This document shows positions 13,701 to 25,640 of a stretch of 64,000 nucleotides of DNA, piece by piece. Numbering within the stretch: position 1 is the first letter of the stretch; the number at the start of each line of letters is the position of its first letter. The DNA is taken from assembly GCA_977017645.1 (NCBI GenBank), contig OZ360247.1, positions 51,088,001-51,152,000 of the forward strand, in the 5' to 3' direction. The notes beneath the pieces were generated by a model, which saw nothing but the letters and a program-made list of their open reading frames with translations, was not told the origin of the DNA and searched no databases. A program made the position numbers and the translations under genes. The DNA is from Torpedo marmorata. Taxonomy: Eukaryota.

Positions 13701-16700
13701 GTGAATCCCCCCCCCAGTTACAGATCAGTGAATCCCCCCCAGTTACAGATCAGTGAATCCCCCCCCAGTTACAGATCAGTGAATCCCCCCCAGTTACAGA
13801 TCAGTGAATCCCCCCCCAGTTACAGATCAGTGAATCCCCCCCCAGTTACAGATCAGTGAATCCCCCCCCAGTTACAGATCAGTGAATCCCCCCCCAGTTA
13901 CAGATCAGTGAATCCCCCCCAGTTACAGATCAGTGAATCCCCCCAGTTACAGATCAGTGAATCCCCCCCCAGTTACAGATCAGTGAATCCCCCCCCAGTT
14001 ACAGATCAGTGAATCCCCCCCAGTTACAGATCAGTGAATCCCCCCCCAGTTACAGATCAGTGAATCCCCCCCCCAGTTACAGATCAGTGAATCCCCCCCA
14101 GTTACAGATCAGTGAATCCCCCCCCAGTTACAGATCAGTGAATCCCCCCCAGTTACAGATCAGTGAATCCCCCCCCAGTTACAGATCAGTGAATCCCCCC
14201 CCAGTTACAGATCAGTGAATCCCCCCCCAGTTACAGATCAGTGAATCCCCCCCCCCAGTTACAGATCACTGAATCCCCCCCAGTTACAGATCAGTGAATC
14301 CCCCCCAGTTACAGATCAGTGAATCCCCCCCCCAGTTACAGATCAGTGAATCCCCCCCCAGTTACAGATCAGTGAATCCCCCCCAGTTACAGATCAGTGA
14401 ATCCCCCCCAGTTACAGATCAGTGAATCCCCCCCCCAGTTACAGATCAGTGAATCCCCCCCCAGTTACAGATCAGTGAATCCCCCCCAGTTACAGATCAG
14501 TGAATCCCCCCCAGTTACAGATCAGTGAATCCCCCCCCCAGTTACAGATCAGTGAATCCCCCCCCAGTTACAGATCAGTGAATCCCCCCCAGTTACAGAT
14601 CAGTGAATCCCCCCCAGTTACAGATCAGTGAATCCCCCCCAGTTACAGATCAGTGAATCCCCCCCCCAGTTACAGATCAGTGAATCCCCCCCCAGTTACA
14701 GATCAGTGAATCCCCCCCCAGTTACAGATCAGTGAATCCCCCCCCAGTTACAGATCAGTGAATCCCCCCCCAGTTACAGATCAGTGAATCCCCCCCAGTT
14801 ACAGATCAGTGAATCCCCCCCCCAGTTACAGATCAGTGAATCCCCCCCAGTTACAGATCAGTGAATCCCCCCCCCAGTTACAGATCAGTGAATCCCCCCC
14901 CAGTTACAGATCAGTGAATCCCCCCCAGTTACAGATCAGTGAATCCCCCCCCAGTTACAGATCAGTGAATCCCCCCCCCAGTTACAGATCAGTGAATCCC
15001 CCCCCCAGTTACAGATCAGTGAATCCCCCCCAGTTACAGATCAGTGAATCCCCCCCCAGTTACAGATCAGTGAATCCCCCCCCCAGTTACAGATCAGTGA
15101 ATCCCCCCCCAGTTACAGATCAGTGAATCCCCCCCCAGTTACAGATCAGTGAATCCCCCCCAGTTACAGATCAGTGAATCCCCCCCCCCAGTTACAGATC
15201 AGTGAATCCCCCCCAGTTACAGATCAGTGAATCCCCCCCCCAGTTACAGATCAGTGAATCCCCCCCCAGTTACAGATCAGTGAATCCCCCCCAGTTACAG
15301 ATCAGTGAATCCCCCCCCAGTTACAGATCAGTGAATCCCCCCCCCAGTTACAGATCAGTGAATCCCCCCCAGTTACAGATCAGTGAATCCCCCCCCCAGT
15401 TACAGATCAGTGAATCCCCCCCCCAGTTACAGATCAGTGAATCCCCCCCAGTTACAGATCAGTGAATCCCCCCCAGTTACAGATCAGTGAATCCCCCCCA
15501 GTTACAGATCAGTGAATCCCCCCCCCAGTTACAGATCAGTGAATCCCCCCCCCAGTTACAGATCAGTGAATCCCCCCCAGTTACAGATCAGTGAATCCCC
15601 CCCAGTTACAGATCAGTGAATCCCCCCCCCAGTTACAGATCAGTGAATCCCCCCCCCAGTTACAGATCAGTGAATCCCCCCCAGTTACAGATCAGTGAAT
15701 CCCCCCCAGTTACAGATCAGTGAATCCCCCCCAGTTACAGATCAGTGAATCCCCCCCCCAGTTACAGATCAGTGAATCCCCCCCCCCAGTTACAGATCAG
15801 TGAATCCCCCCCAGTTACAGATCAGTGAATCCCCCCCCAGTTACAGATCAGTGAATCCCCCCCCCAGTTACAGATCAGTGAATCCCCCCCCCAGTTACAG
15901 ATCAGTGAATCCTCCCCAGTTACAGATCAGTGAATCCCCCCCAGTTACAGATCAGTGAATCCCCCCCAGTTACAGATCAGTGAATCCCCCCCCCAGTTAC
16001 AGATCAGTGAATCCCCCCCCCAGTTACAGATCAGTGAATCCTCCCCAGTTACAGATCAGTGAATCCCCCCCCCCAGTTACAGATCAGTGAATCCACCCCA
16101 GTTACAGATCAGTGAATCCCCCCCCCAGTTACAGATCAGTGAATCCCCCCAGTTACAGATCAGTGAATCCCCCCCAGTTACAGATCAGTGAATCCCCCCC
16201 AGTTACAGATCAGTGAATCCCCCCCCCCAGTTACAGATCAGTGAATCCCCCCCCAGTTACAGATCAGTGAATCCTCCCCAGTTACAGATCAGTGAATCCC
16301 CCCCCCAGTTACAGATCAGTGAATCCCCCCCCAGTTACAGATCAGTGAATCCTCCCCAGTTACAGATCAGTGAATCCCCCCCAGTTACAGATCAGTGAAT
16401 CCCCCCCAGTTACAGATCAGTGAATCCCCCCCCAGTTACAGATCAGTGAATCCCCCCCAGTTACAGATCAGTGAATCCACCCCAGTTACAGATCAGTGAA
16501 TCCCCCCCAGTTACAGATCAGTGAATCCCCCCCCCAGTTACAGATCAGTGAATCCCCCCCCAGTTACAGATCAGTGAATCCCCCCCAGTTACAGATCAGT
16601 GAATTCCCCCCAGTTACAGATCAGTGAATCCTCCCCAGTTACAGATCAGTGAATCCTCCCCAGTTACAGATCAGTGAATCCCCCCCAGTTACAGATCAGT

Positions 16701-17280
16701 GAATCCCCCCCAGTTACAGATCAGTGAATCCCCCCCCCAGTTACAGATCAGTGAATCCCCCCCCCCAGTTACAGATCAGTGAATCCCCCCCAGTTACAGA
16801 TCAGTGAATCCCCCCCAGTTACAGATCAGTGAATCCCCCCCCCCAGTTACAGATCAGTGAATCCCCCCCAGTTACAGATCAGTGAATCCCCCCCCCCAGT
16901 TACAGATCAGTGAATCCCCCCCCCCAGTTACAGATCAGTGAATCCTCCCCAGTTACAGATCAGTGAATCCCCCCCCCAGTTACAGATCAGTGAATCCCCC
17001 CCAGTTACAGATCAGTGAATCCCCCCAGTTACAGATCAGTGAATCCCCCCCAGTTACAGATCAGTGAATCCCCCCCCCCAGTTACAGATCAGTGAATCCC
17101 CCCCCCCCAGTTACAGATCAGTGAATCCCCCCCAGTTACAGATCAGTGAATCCCCCCCAGTTACAGATCAGTGAATCCTCCCCAGTTACAGATCAGTGAA
17201 TCCCCCCCAGTTACAGATCAGTGAATCCCCCCCCCAGTTACAGATCAGTGAATCCCCCCCCAGTTACAGATCAGTGAATC
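1756..17280 (+). repeat. Intronic satellite, unit C(7-12)AGTTACAGATCAGTGAAT (~27 bp), roughly 570-590 copies
   Basis: Directly visible tandem array with a nearly invariant 18-nt core and a variable C-run; variant units at the 5' edge. Confidence 0.99.
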
Positions 17281-17646
17281 ACAGACCAGATTGGGCCATT
17301 TAATCAGAGCTGGTGATGGTTAGTGTCGCCGTCAAAACGTAGTCAAAAGCTTTCCTTGAACCTGAATGAGAATCGCTGAGTTATTTTGTAGGCTGCCTTT
17401 TCGAGCTGACGGAGTTGGTCACAACCGGCCGTATCTTGGGTGGGTATTTTACTGGTCAATGCAATAATAATCAGTTGCAATGGTTGAATCATTGGCCTGG
17501 TGGGGGCAGTTGTAGTGGAGGGGCTCTGCTGGTTGACTGATGTGAAGAGTTCAGGGCTCAGGGTGGCACCTGCATGTGGAATGTCACCGGGAGAAAGAAA
17601 GTTGAGAACCAGGAGAGAGCGGTTCTACAGTAAACATCCTCATACT

Positions 17647-19860
17647 ACCCCGTCCCATGTACACCCCGTCCCGTGTAAACCCCGTCCCGTGTAAACCCCG
17701 TCCCGTGTAAACCCCGTCCCTTGTACACCCCATCCGTTGTACACCCCGTCTCGTGTACACCCCGTCCCGTGTACACCCCGTCCCGTGTACACCCCGTCCC
17801 GTGTAAACCCCGTCCCGTGTACACCCCGTCCCGTGTACACCCCGTCCCGTGTACACCCCGTCCCGTGTAAACCCCGTCCCGTGTACACCCCGTCCCGTGT
17901 ACACCCCGTCCCGTGTAAACCCCGTCCCGTGTAAACCCCGTCCCATGTACACCCCGTCCCGTGTAAACCCCGTCCCGTGTAAACCCCGTCCCGTGTAAAC
18001 TCCGTCTCGTTGTACACCCCGTCTCGTACACCCCGTCCCAAGTACACCCCATCTGTTGTAAACCCCGTCCCGTGTACACCCCGTCCCGTGTACACCCCAT
18101 CTCGTGTAAACCCCGTCCCATGTACACCCCGTCCCGTGTAAACCCCGTCCCGTGTAAACCCCGTCCCGTGTAAACCCCGTCCCATTGTAAACCCCGTCCC
18201 GTGTAAACCCCGTCCCGTGTAAACCCTGTCCCGTGTAAACCCCGTCCTTTGTACACCCCATCTGTTGTACACCCCGTCCCGTGTACACCCAGTCCCGTGT
18301 AAACCCCGTCCCGTGTAAACCCCGTCCCATGTACACCCCGTCCCATGTAAACCCCGTCCCGTGTAAACCCCGTCCCGTGTACACCCGGTCCCGTGTAAAC
18401 CCCGTCCCGTGTAAACCCCGTCCCGTGTACACCCCGTCCCGTGTACACCCCGTCCCGTGTAAACCCCGTCCCGTGTAAACCCCGTCTCGTGTAAACTCTG
18501 TCCCGTGTAAACCCCGTCCCATGTAAACCCCATCCCTTGTAAACCCCATCCCGTGTAAACCCCGTCCCATGTAAACCCCGTCCCGTGTAAACCCCGTCCC
18601 GTGTAAACCCCGTCCCGTGTAAACCCCGTCCCGTGTAAACCCCGTCCCACGTACACCCCGTCCCGTGTAAACCCCGTCCCTTGTACACCCCATCCGTTGT
18701 ACACCCCGTCTCGTGTACACCCCGTCCCGTGTACACCCCGTCTCGTTGTAAACCCCATCCCGTGTACACCCCATCTGTTGTACACCCCGTCTCATGTACA
18801 CCCCATCCCGTGTACACCCCATCTGTTGTACACCCCGTCCCGTGTACACCCCGTCTGATGTACACCCCGTCCCGTGTACACCCCGTCCCGTGTACACCCC
18901 GTCTCGTTGTACACCCCATCTGTTGTACACCCCGTCTTGTTGTAAACCCTGTCTCGTTGTACACCCCGTCCCATGTAAACCCCGTCCCGTGTACACCCAC
19001 ACCCCATCCCATGTAAACCCCATCCCGTGTACACCCTGTTTGTTGTACACCCCGTCCCGTGTACACCCCGTCCCGTGTACACCCCGTCTCGTTGTAAACC
19101 CCATCCCATGTACACCCCATCTGTTGTACACCCCGTCTGTTGTACACCCCGTCCCGTGTACACCCCGTCTGTTGTACAACCCGTCCCGTGTACACCCCGT
19201 CTGTTGTACACCCCGTCTCGTTGTAAACCCCGTCCCGTGTACACCCCGTCTCGTTGTAAACCCCGTCCCGTGTACACCCCGTCTGATGTACACCCCGTCC
19301 CGTGTACACCCCGTCCCGTGTACACCCCGTCCCGTGTACACCCCATCTGTTGTACACCCCGTCTTGTTGTAAACCCTGTCTCGTTGTACACCCCGTCCCA
19401 TGTAAACCCCGTCCTGTGTACACCCCGTCTGTTTTACACCCTGTCCCGTGTACACCCCATCCTGTGTACACCCCATCTGTTGTACACCCCGTCCCGTGTA
19501 AACTCCGTCTTGTTGTACACCCCGTCTCGTTGTACACCCCGTCCCGAGTACACCCCATCTGTTGTACACCCTGTCTCGTGTACACCCCGTCCCGTGTACA
19601 CCCCGTCCCATGTAAACCCCGTCTCGTTGTACACCCCGTCTCGTTGTAAACCCCGTCCCGTGTACACCCCATCTGTTTTACACCCTGTCCCGTGTACACC
19701 CTGTCCGATGTACACCCTCTCCATTGTACACTCTGTGTGGTACACAGTGTCTATGGTGTACACCCCATCTCTTGTCCTCCCTGCCTGTTGTACACCCTAT
19801 CTCTTGTTGAACACCCGATCTGTGTTGTGCACCCGATCTGTGTTGTGCCCCAATCTGTTC
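17647..19860 (+). repeat. 16-bp minisatellite GTGTA(A/C)ACCCCGTCCC, degenerating at the 3' end
   Basis: Period of 16 (e.g. gtgtaaac at 17673 and 17689); yields 16-aa repeat ORFs in several frames. Confidence 0.97.
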
Positions 19861-19869
19861 TGCACCTTG

Positions 19870-20260
19870 TCTGAACCCTCCACCCCATCACCAACACTGC
19901 TCCCCTACCCTTCCCCCATCCCCAGAACTTCTCCCCTCCCCCTCCACCCCACCCTCAGCTCTGCCCTCTCACTCCCTCTCTCCCCCCACCCCCAGCTCTG
20001 CCGTCCCCCATCTCCTGCAGTTTTCCTCCCCCTCCACCCACCCCCACCCGCAATGCTGTAATCCACCCTGTCTCCCCCACATCCCCAGCACTGCTCCGTT
20101 CCCCCTCTCCTCCATACCCCCAGTGCTGCTCCCCTCCTTCTCTCCCTCACCCCCAGCACTACTCCTCCCACTACCCCCAGCTCTGCCCCTTCCCAACACC
20201 TCCAGCTCTGCACCCCTCTCACCCCCCCCTCACCCCCAGCTCTGCCCCCCTCTCACTGTA
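19870..20260 (+). repeat. Degenerate C-rich low-complexity tract (CCCCAGCTCTG/CCCCAGCACTG-like units) just before an exon
   Basis: Recurrent ccccagctctg motif in a pyrimidine-rich tract. Confidence 0.7.
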
Positions 20261-20280
20261 CCTGCTGTGACTTTACGCAG

Positions 20281-20449
20281 GGGGACAGGACGTACTCGTG
20301 GCTGAGTGGGGAGGAGCTGTTCTACACCAACTGGCAGGACGGTGAGCCGCACCAGGTGTCGGGTTGCGCCCACATGGATCTGGACGGGACATGGCAGACG
20401 TCCAACTGCGACACCAAGCTGATGGGAGCCGTCTGCCGAGCGGCTGGAG
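20281..20449 (+). CDS. MRC2: MRC2 coding exon (second half of CTLD7)
   Basis: Acceptor ctttacgcag, donor G|gtagga. Translates GDRTYSWLSGEELFYTNWQDGEPHQVSGCAHMDLDGTWQTSNCDTKLMGAVCRAAG, with CTLD cysteines and the W..GEP motif. Phase 0 to 1. Confidence 0.93.
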
Positions 20450-21226
20450 GTAGGATGGGGCGCAGCCCCTTCCCCTGGTGGCAGGGGCGAAGGTGCCAGT
20501 GGTTTTGGGGAGAGTGGGAGGATGTGTAAACCCTGACCTACTGGGCTAAGGATTCACCGCTCCAAAAGACAAACCGTGCAGGGACAGAGGATAAACTTTC
20601 GTGATTGTAAACTATTCCTTTAAATAACAAGCCCTGCACAAACGTGCTGGAGAAAATGAGCAGGTCACACAGCATTCACAGGAAGGAAAAGGTAACCAAT
20701 GATTGGGGCCTGAGCCTTTCGTCAGGAGTTGGAATAAAGAGAAGCAGGTGCCTGAATATGACGGGCGTCACAGAGGCTGATAATTTGCATATTTAAAATT
20801 AGTACCCTCATCCCCACACTCTCTGTTCTTTATTATCTGATGTTTCAGACCTTTCACCATATGTAAAATGTTTAAAAGGTTAAAAAAGTAGACACATGAG
20901 ACTGCAGATGCTGGAATCTGAAGTGACAGATTTTGGGACAGAGCCCTTCATCAAAACGTCAAGACGGACGCAGTCTTCTGGCCCGAAATCTCGACCATTC
21001 TTTTTCTCCCGCTGACGCTGCTTGACCTGCTGAGTTCCTCCAGCAGATTGTGTTAAAATTCTTCCCCCCTTCCCTCCCCATCAGCTTACCTTCCCCCTGC
21101 CCTCACCGCCTCCCTCCCCTCACCCCCTCCCTCTCCTTCCCTTCCCCCCCTCTTGTACCTTTCCCCTTCCTCCCCTTGCATCATCCCCATTCCTTTCCTC
21201 TCACTCTGTGAGCTCATCTTCATCCT

Positions 21227-22258
21227 CCCCCCCTCCCCTCACCTTCCACCCCCTTCCTGTACCTACACCCCCTCCCCTCACCTTCCACCCCCTTCCTGTA
21301 CCTCCCCTCCCTCCCCTCACCTTCCACCCCCTTCCTGTACCTACACCCCCTCCCCTCACCTTCCACCCCCTTCCTGTACCTACACCCCCTCCCCTCACCT
21401 TCCACCCCCTTCCTGTACCTACACCCCCTCCCCTCACCTTCCACCCCCTTCCTGTACCTACACCCCCTCCCCTCACCTTCCACCCCCTTCCTGTACCTAC
21501 AACCCCTCCCCTCACCTTCCACCCCCTTCCTGTACCTACACCCCCTCCCCTCACCTTCCACCCCCTTCCTGTACCTACACCCCCTCCCCTCACCTTCCAC
21601 CCCCTTCCTGTACCTACACCCCCTCGCCTCACCTTCCACCCCCTTCCTGTACCTACACCCCCTCCCCTCACCTTCCACCCCCTTCCTGTACCTACAACCC
21701 CTCCCCTCACCTTCCACCCCCTTCCTGTACCTACACCCCCTCCCCTCACCTTCCACCCCCTTCCTGTACCTACACCCCCTCCCCTCACCTTCCACCCCCT
21801 TCCTGTACCTCCCCTCCCTCCCCTCACCTTCCACCCCCTTCCTGTACCTCCCCTCCCTCCCCTCACCTTCCACCCCCTTCCTGTACCTACACCCCCTCCC
21901 CTCACCTTCCACCCCCTTCCTGTACCTACACCCCCTCCCCTCACCTTCCACCCCCTTCCTGTACCTACACCCCCTCCCCTCACCTTCCACCCCCTTCCTG
22001 TACCTACAACCCCTCCCCTCACCTTCCACCCCCTTCCTGTACCTACACCCCCTCGCCTCACCTTCCACCCCCTTCCTGTACCTACACCCCCTCCCCTCAC
22101 CTTCCACCCCCTTCCTGTACCTACACCCCCTCCCCTCACCTTCCACCCCCTTCCTGTACCTACACCCCCTCCCCTCACCTTCCACCCCCTTCCTGTACCT
22201 ACACCCCCTCGCCTCACCTTCCACCCCCTTCCTGTACCTACACCCCCTCGCCTCACCT
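21227..22258 (+). repeat. 39-bp pyrimidine-rich minisatellite CCCCTCCCCTCACCTTCCACCCCCTTCCTGTACCTACAC, ~26 copies
   Basis: 13-aa periodicity (SPHLPPPSCTYTP) in the ORF track; units nearly identical. Confidence 0.97.
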
Positions 22259-22651
22259 GGTGCTCTGCCTGCACCCACTCCTTTGCTGGGGACTTGTATT
22301 AATCCTCACTGCATCCTCAATTCCCAGATCATGGATTCTGCAGGATGTGCATCCTTACATACTGGACTCTTGTGATGTATTGATTCTATACTGTGTAATC
22401 ACACAATCCTCTTCCTCCTGTCAATGATAATTAGTCTAGAACATTTTAGTAATTACTTCTGGCTGTGGTGATAGCATTTCCCCCCTCCCCCAGCCGTGTG
22501 AAGTTGGGTGAATGACCCTCTCTGAGCTGGGACCATGACACTGATGATTGAGGACAGTGAATGTTCTGCACAGTTGGAGAGCTTGGTGCAGTGTGTCTGG
22601 TGCCAACACCCCCCTCTGCTGGTGGGAACCTAGTCTGCAGCATCAGCTCTG

Positions 22652-22840
22652 GGGTGAAGCACGAAAGTCTGCAGACGCTGTGATTGTGGTAACAACACAG
22701 AAATGCTGGAGGAACTCAGCCAGTCTCGCAGTGTCTGTAGGAGGTAAAGATATATAACCGACATTTTGGGCCTGAGCCCTTCCTCAAGTAAAAAACAGGC
22801 AGGCACCTGAATTAAAAGGCTGGGGAGAAGGGAAGAAAGG
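22652..22840 (-). mobile_element. Penelope-like terminal repeat fragment
   Basis: Reverse complement of the repeat at ~24440-24628, including a degenerate hammerhead-like motif. Confidence 0.7.
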
Positions 22841-22944
22841 GTAGGTCTCGAGCAACACCGTCCCCTTTTTCAAACAACAGGGGTCCCGACTTCAATTCCT
22901 GCGAACATACACCCCAATAAACACCCTTCCACTATTGTCTATGG

Positions 22945-23368
22945 GCCAGCTAATTCTGTACCCAGACTATCATTTCAACGTGGATCCCATCTACACCTTT
23001 TGGATCACCCTACCATGAGGAACCTTGTCGAATGCCTTACTGAAGGCCATGTAGGCAACATCCACTGCCCTGCACTCATCAAACACCTTTGTCACTTTCT
23101 CAATAACTCAGTCACATTGGTAAGACGTGACCTGCCCCTCACAAAGCCATGTTGACCATTTCTAGTCTGACATTGACTTTCCAAATGTGCATAATTCCTA
23201 TCCCTCAGTATCCTCTCCAATAGTTTGCCAACCACTGATGTGAGGCTCACTGACCTATAATTTCCTGGATTTTCCCTATTTTCCTTAGTGAACAGAGGTA
23301 CAACATGAGCTACTCTCCAGTGCTCTGGGTCCTTGCCTGTTGCTAGTGTGAATGCAACGATCTTCATC
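22945..23368 (-). mobile_element. CR1 RT fragment
   Basis: PEHWRVAHVVPLF...NPGNYRSVSLTSVVGKLLERI...QHGFVRGRS. Confidence 0.85.
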
Positions 23369-23369
23369 A

Positions 23370-23850
23370 ATCAGAGTCAGAATTTATTGTCATGAACAAG
23401 TCATGAAATTCGGAGTTTTGCGGCAGCATCATAGTGCAAACATTCATATTATAACCATCTTACGATATTACTATAAAAAATATATACCGGTAATTAATAG
23501 TGCACGAAAAGTAAGGCAGTGTCTTTGGTTCATTGATTATTCAGGAATCTGATGGCAGCGGGGAAGAAGTTGTCCTTGTGCCGTTGAGTGCTCGTCTTTA
23601 GGCTCCTGTACCTTTTTCCCGATGGTAGCAGAGTGAAGAGGGCATGGCCTGGGTGGTGGGGGTCTTTGAGGATAGAGGCTGCTTTTTTAAGACACCGCCT
23701 CATGTAGATGTCCTCGATGGAGTGAAGTCTGGTGCCTGTGATGTCACAGGCCGAGTTAACAACCCTCTGGAGTTTATTCTTGTCCTGGGAGTTGGCGCCT
23801 CCATACCAGGCAGTGATGCAACCAGCCAGAATGCTCTCCACGGTACACCC
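23370..23850 (-). mobile_element. Rex1/Babar-like LINE 3' end (related copies at ~25700-25860 and ~39112-39700)
   Basis: CTVESILAGCITAWYG...DPHHPGHALFTLLPSGKRYRSL...FFPAAIRFLN, followed by AATAAA and a short microsatellite tail. Confidence 0.75.
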
Positions 23851-24169
23851 GTTCCTCCTTAACTTTGCCATGCTGACCACATTTCAAGTGTACTTCTTTG
23901 ACTTTGAAGCATGTTAGGACATCCTGAGATCTTTACAAATGTGGTTATCGCCAATGTTCTCATTTAAAACCCATATTGTCATAAAATGTGCTGTTTAATT
24001 ACTCCACATGATCTATATGAAACACTTCACTTCTGGCTGTGGTGATAGAATTTGCCCCCTTCCCCAGCCGTGTGAAGTGTTCTGGACAGTTGGAGAGCTT
24101 GGTGCAGTGTGACCGGTGCCAACAGCCCCCTCTGCTGGTGAGAATCTAGTCTGCAGCATCAGCTCTGAG

Positions 24170-24628
24170 CTCCATTGAGGTCCAAACAGGACCTCATCTT
24201 CCGCCTGGGCACCCTCCAACCAGATGGCATTAATATTGACTTCTCTGGTTTCCGTTAGAAACCACTCCCCTCCCCATCTTGTTCCTCCTGTTTCCTTTCC
24301 TCAAGCTCTGTCTTTCTCTTCCCTTTTCCCTCTGTCTCCTTTCACAGCACCAAAATCAATTCTCACCTTTCCTGTTGTCACATCCAATTAACACCTTTTG
24401 TCTGTTGGTCTGTTCTCCTCCCCCTCCCATTCTTCCCCCTTTCTTTCCCCAGCCTTAAATTCAGATGCCTGTCCTTTTTCACTCATTCCTTGAGGAAGGG
24501 CTCAGGCCCGAAACGTCGATGATATATCTTTGCCTCCTCTGGACGCTGTGAGACCGGCTGAGTTCCTCCAGCATTTCTGTGTTTTGACCACAATCACAGC
24601 ATCTGCAGACTTTCGTTTTTCACTCCAG
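24170..24628 (+). mobile_element. Penelope-like element 3' end (endonuclease C-terminus plus terminal repeat)
   Basis: LIFRLGTLQPDGINIDFSGFR*, then a pyrimidine tract and the motif TTGAGGAAGGGCTCAGGCCCGAAACGTC. Confidence 0.8.
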
Positions 24629-25182
24629 TGAGTTGATCCACATTTTGCAAAGGCTGATACACATCTCACTATCAAGCAGATTATTCAGGGAAGTCTTTTA
24701 CCCACAGTGTGAGCAGCAGAAGTTAGCCTGGTGGTTTGACTTTGGACCCATGCATTGCAACCTTTCGGCAGAAGGTGCAGAAGCCTCTAGATTAAAGAAC
24801 AGTTTATCTCGAACAGCAATCAACCTCCCCTTGTTACACTAACCATGGACTGCTCCGACACCACAAAAGGACTGTCTGTACAGTCACTTTTATTTGCACT
24901 AGGATAACTGTCAATACTTATTATCTAACTATCTTTTGTACTTATTGTCTCTCCTTAATTCAATAAATATATACTAATATAGAGGTTTATTTTTACAAAG
25001 TACGAATTCAGCTGCTGCAAGTAAGAATGTCAGTGCATCTGTACATTGTACAATGTGCATGACAATAAACTCATTATCATCATACAAGAACAAGTAATCA
25101 CTGGACAAGGGCTAACTTCAAGTTCATTATCATCTGACGTACATATACAACCAGATGAAACAGCGTTTCTCTGGACTACGGT

Positions 25183-25640
25183 ACACACAGACACATACTC
25201 ACAGTCACACACTCACACACATGAACACACCCACATGCACATACACACATATGCACANNNNNNNNNNNNNNNNNNNNNNNNNNNNNNNNNNNNNNNNNNN
25301 NNNNNNNNNNNNNNNNNNNNNNNNNNNNNNNNNNNNNNNNNNNNNNNNNNNNNNNNNNNNNNNNNNNNNNNNNNNNNNNNNNNNNNNNNNNNNNNNNNNN
25401 NNNNNNNNATACATGAACACATGAACACACACATGCACACACTCACATGCACTCACATGCACACAATCACACATGCACACTCAGACTCACAGACACACAT
25501 GAACACGCACGTGCACGCGCGCACGCACACTCACAGACACACTCACAGACACACACTCACAGACACACACTCACAGACACACACTCACAGACACACACTC
25601 ACAGACACGCACACTTACAGGCACACAGACATACACAATA
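25183..25640. repeat. CA-rich microsatellite with a 151-N assembly gap (25258-25408)
   Basis: Directly visible. Confidence 0.95.

Noticed and set aside
3131-16398. Many short Pro-rich ORFs (NPPQLQISESPP...)
   Set aside because: They are translations of the satellite with GTG starts and frames set by C-run length.
1756-17280. CRISPR-like array (constant repeat with variable spacer)
   Set aside because: The spacers are only C homopolymers, there are no cas genes, and the context is a vertebrate intron.
17584-20061. ORFs of 344-684 aa resembling repeat proteins
   Set aside because: Several overlapping frames on both strands are open only because the 16-bp unit lacks stops; no unique domain or splice context.
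21153-22427. Extensin-like or RGG-rich ORFs of 350-424 aa
   Set aside because: A 39-bp minisatellite open in four frames; no evidence of coding.
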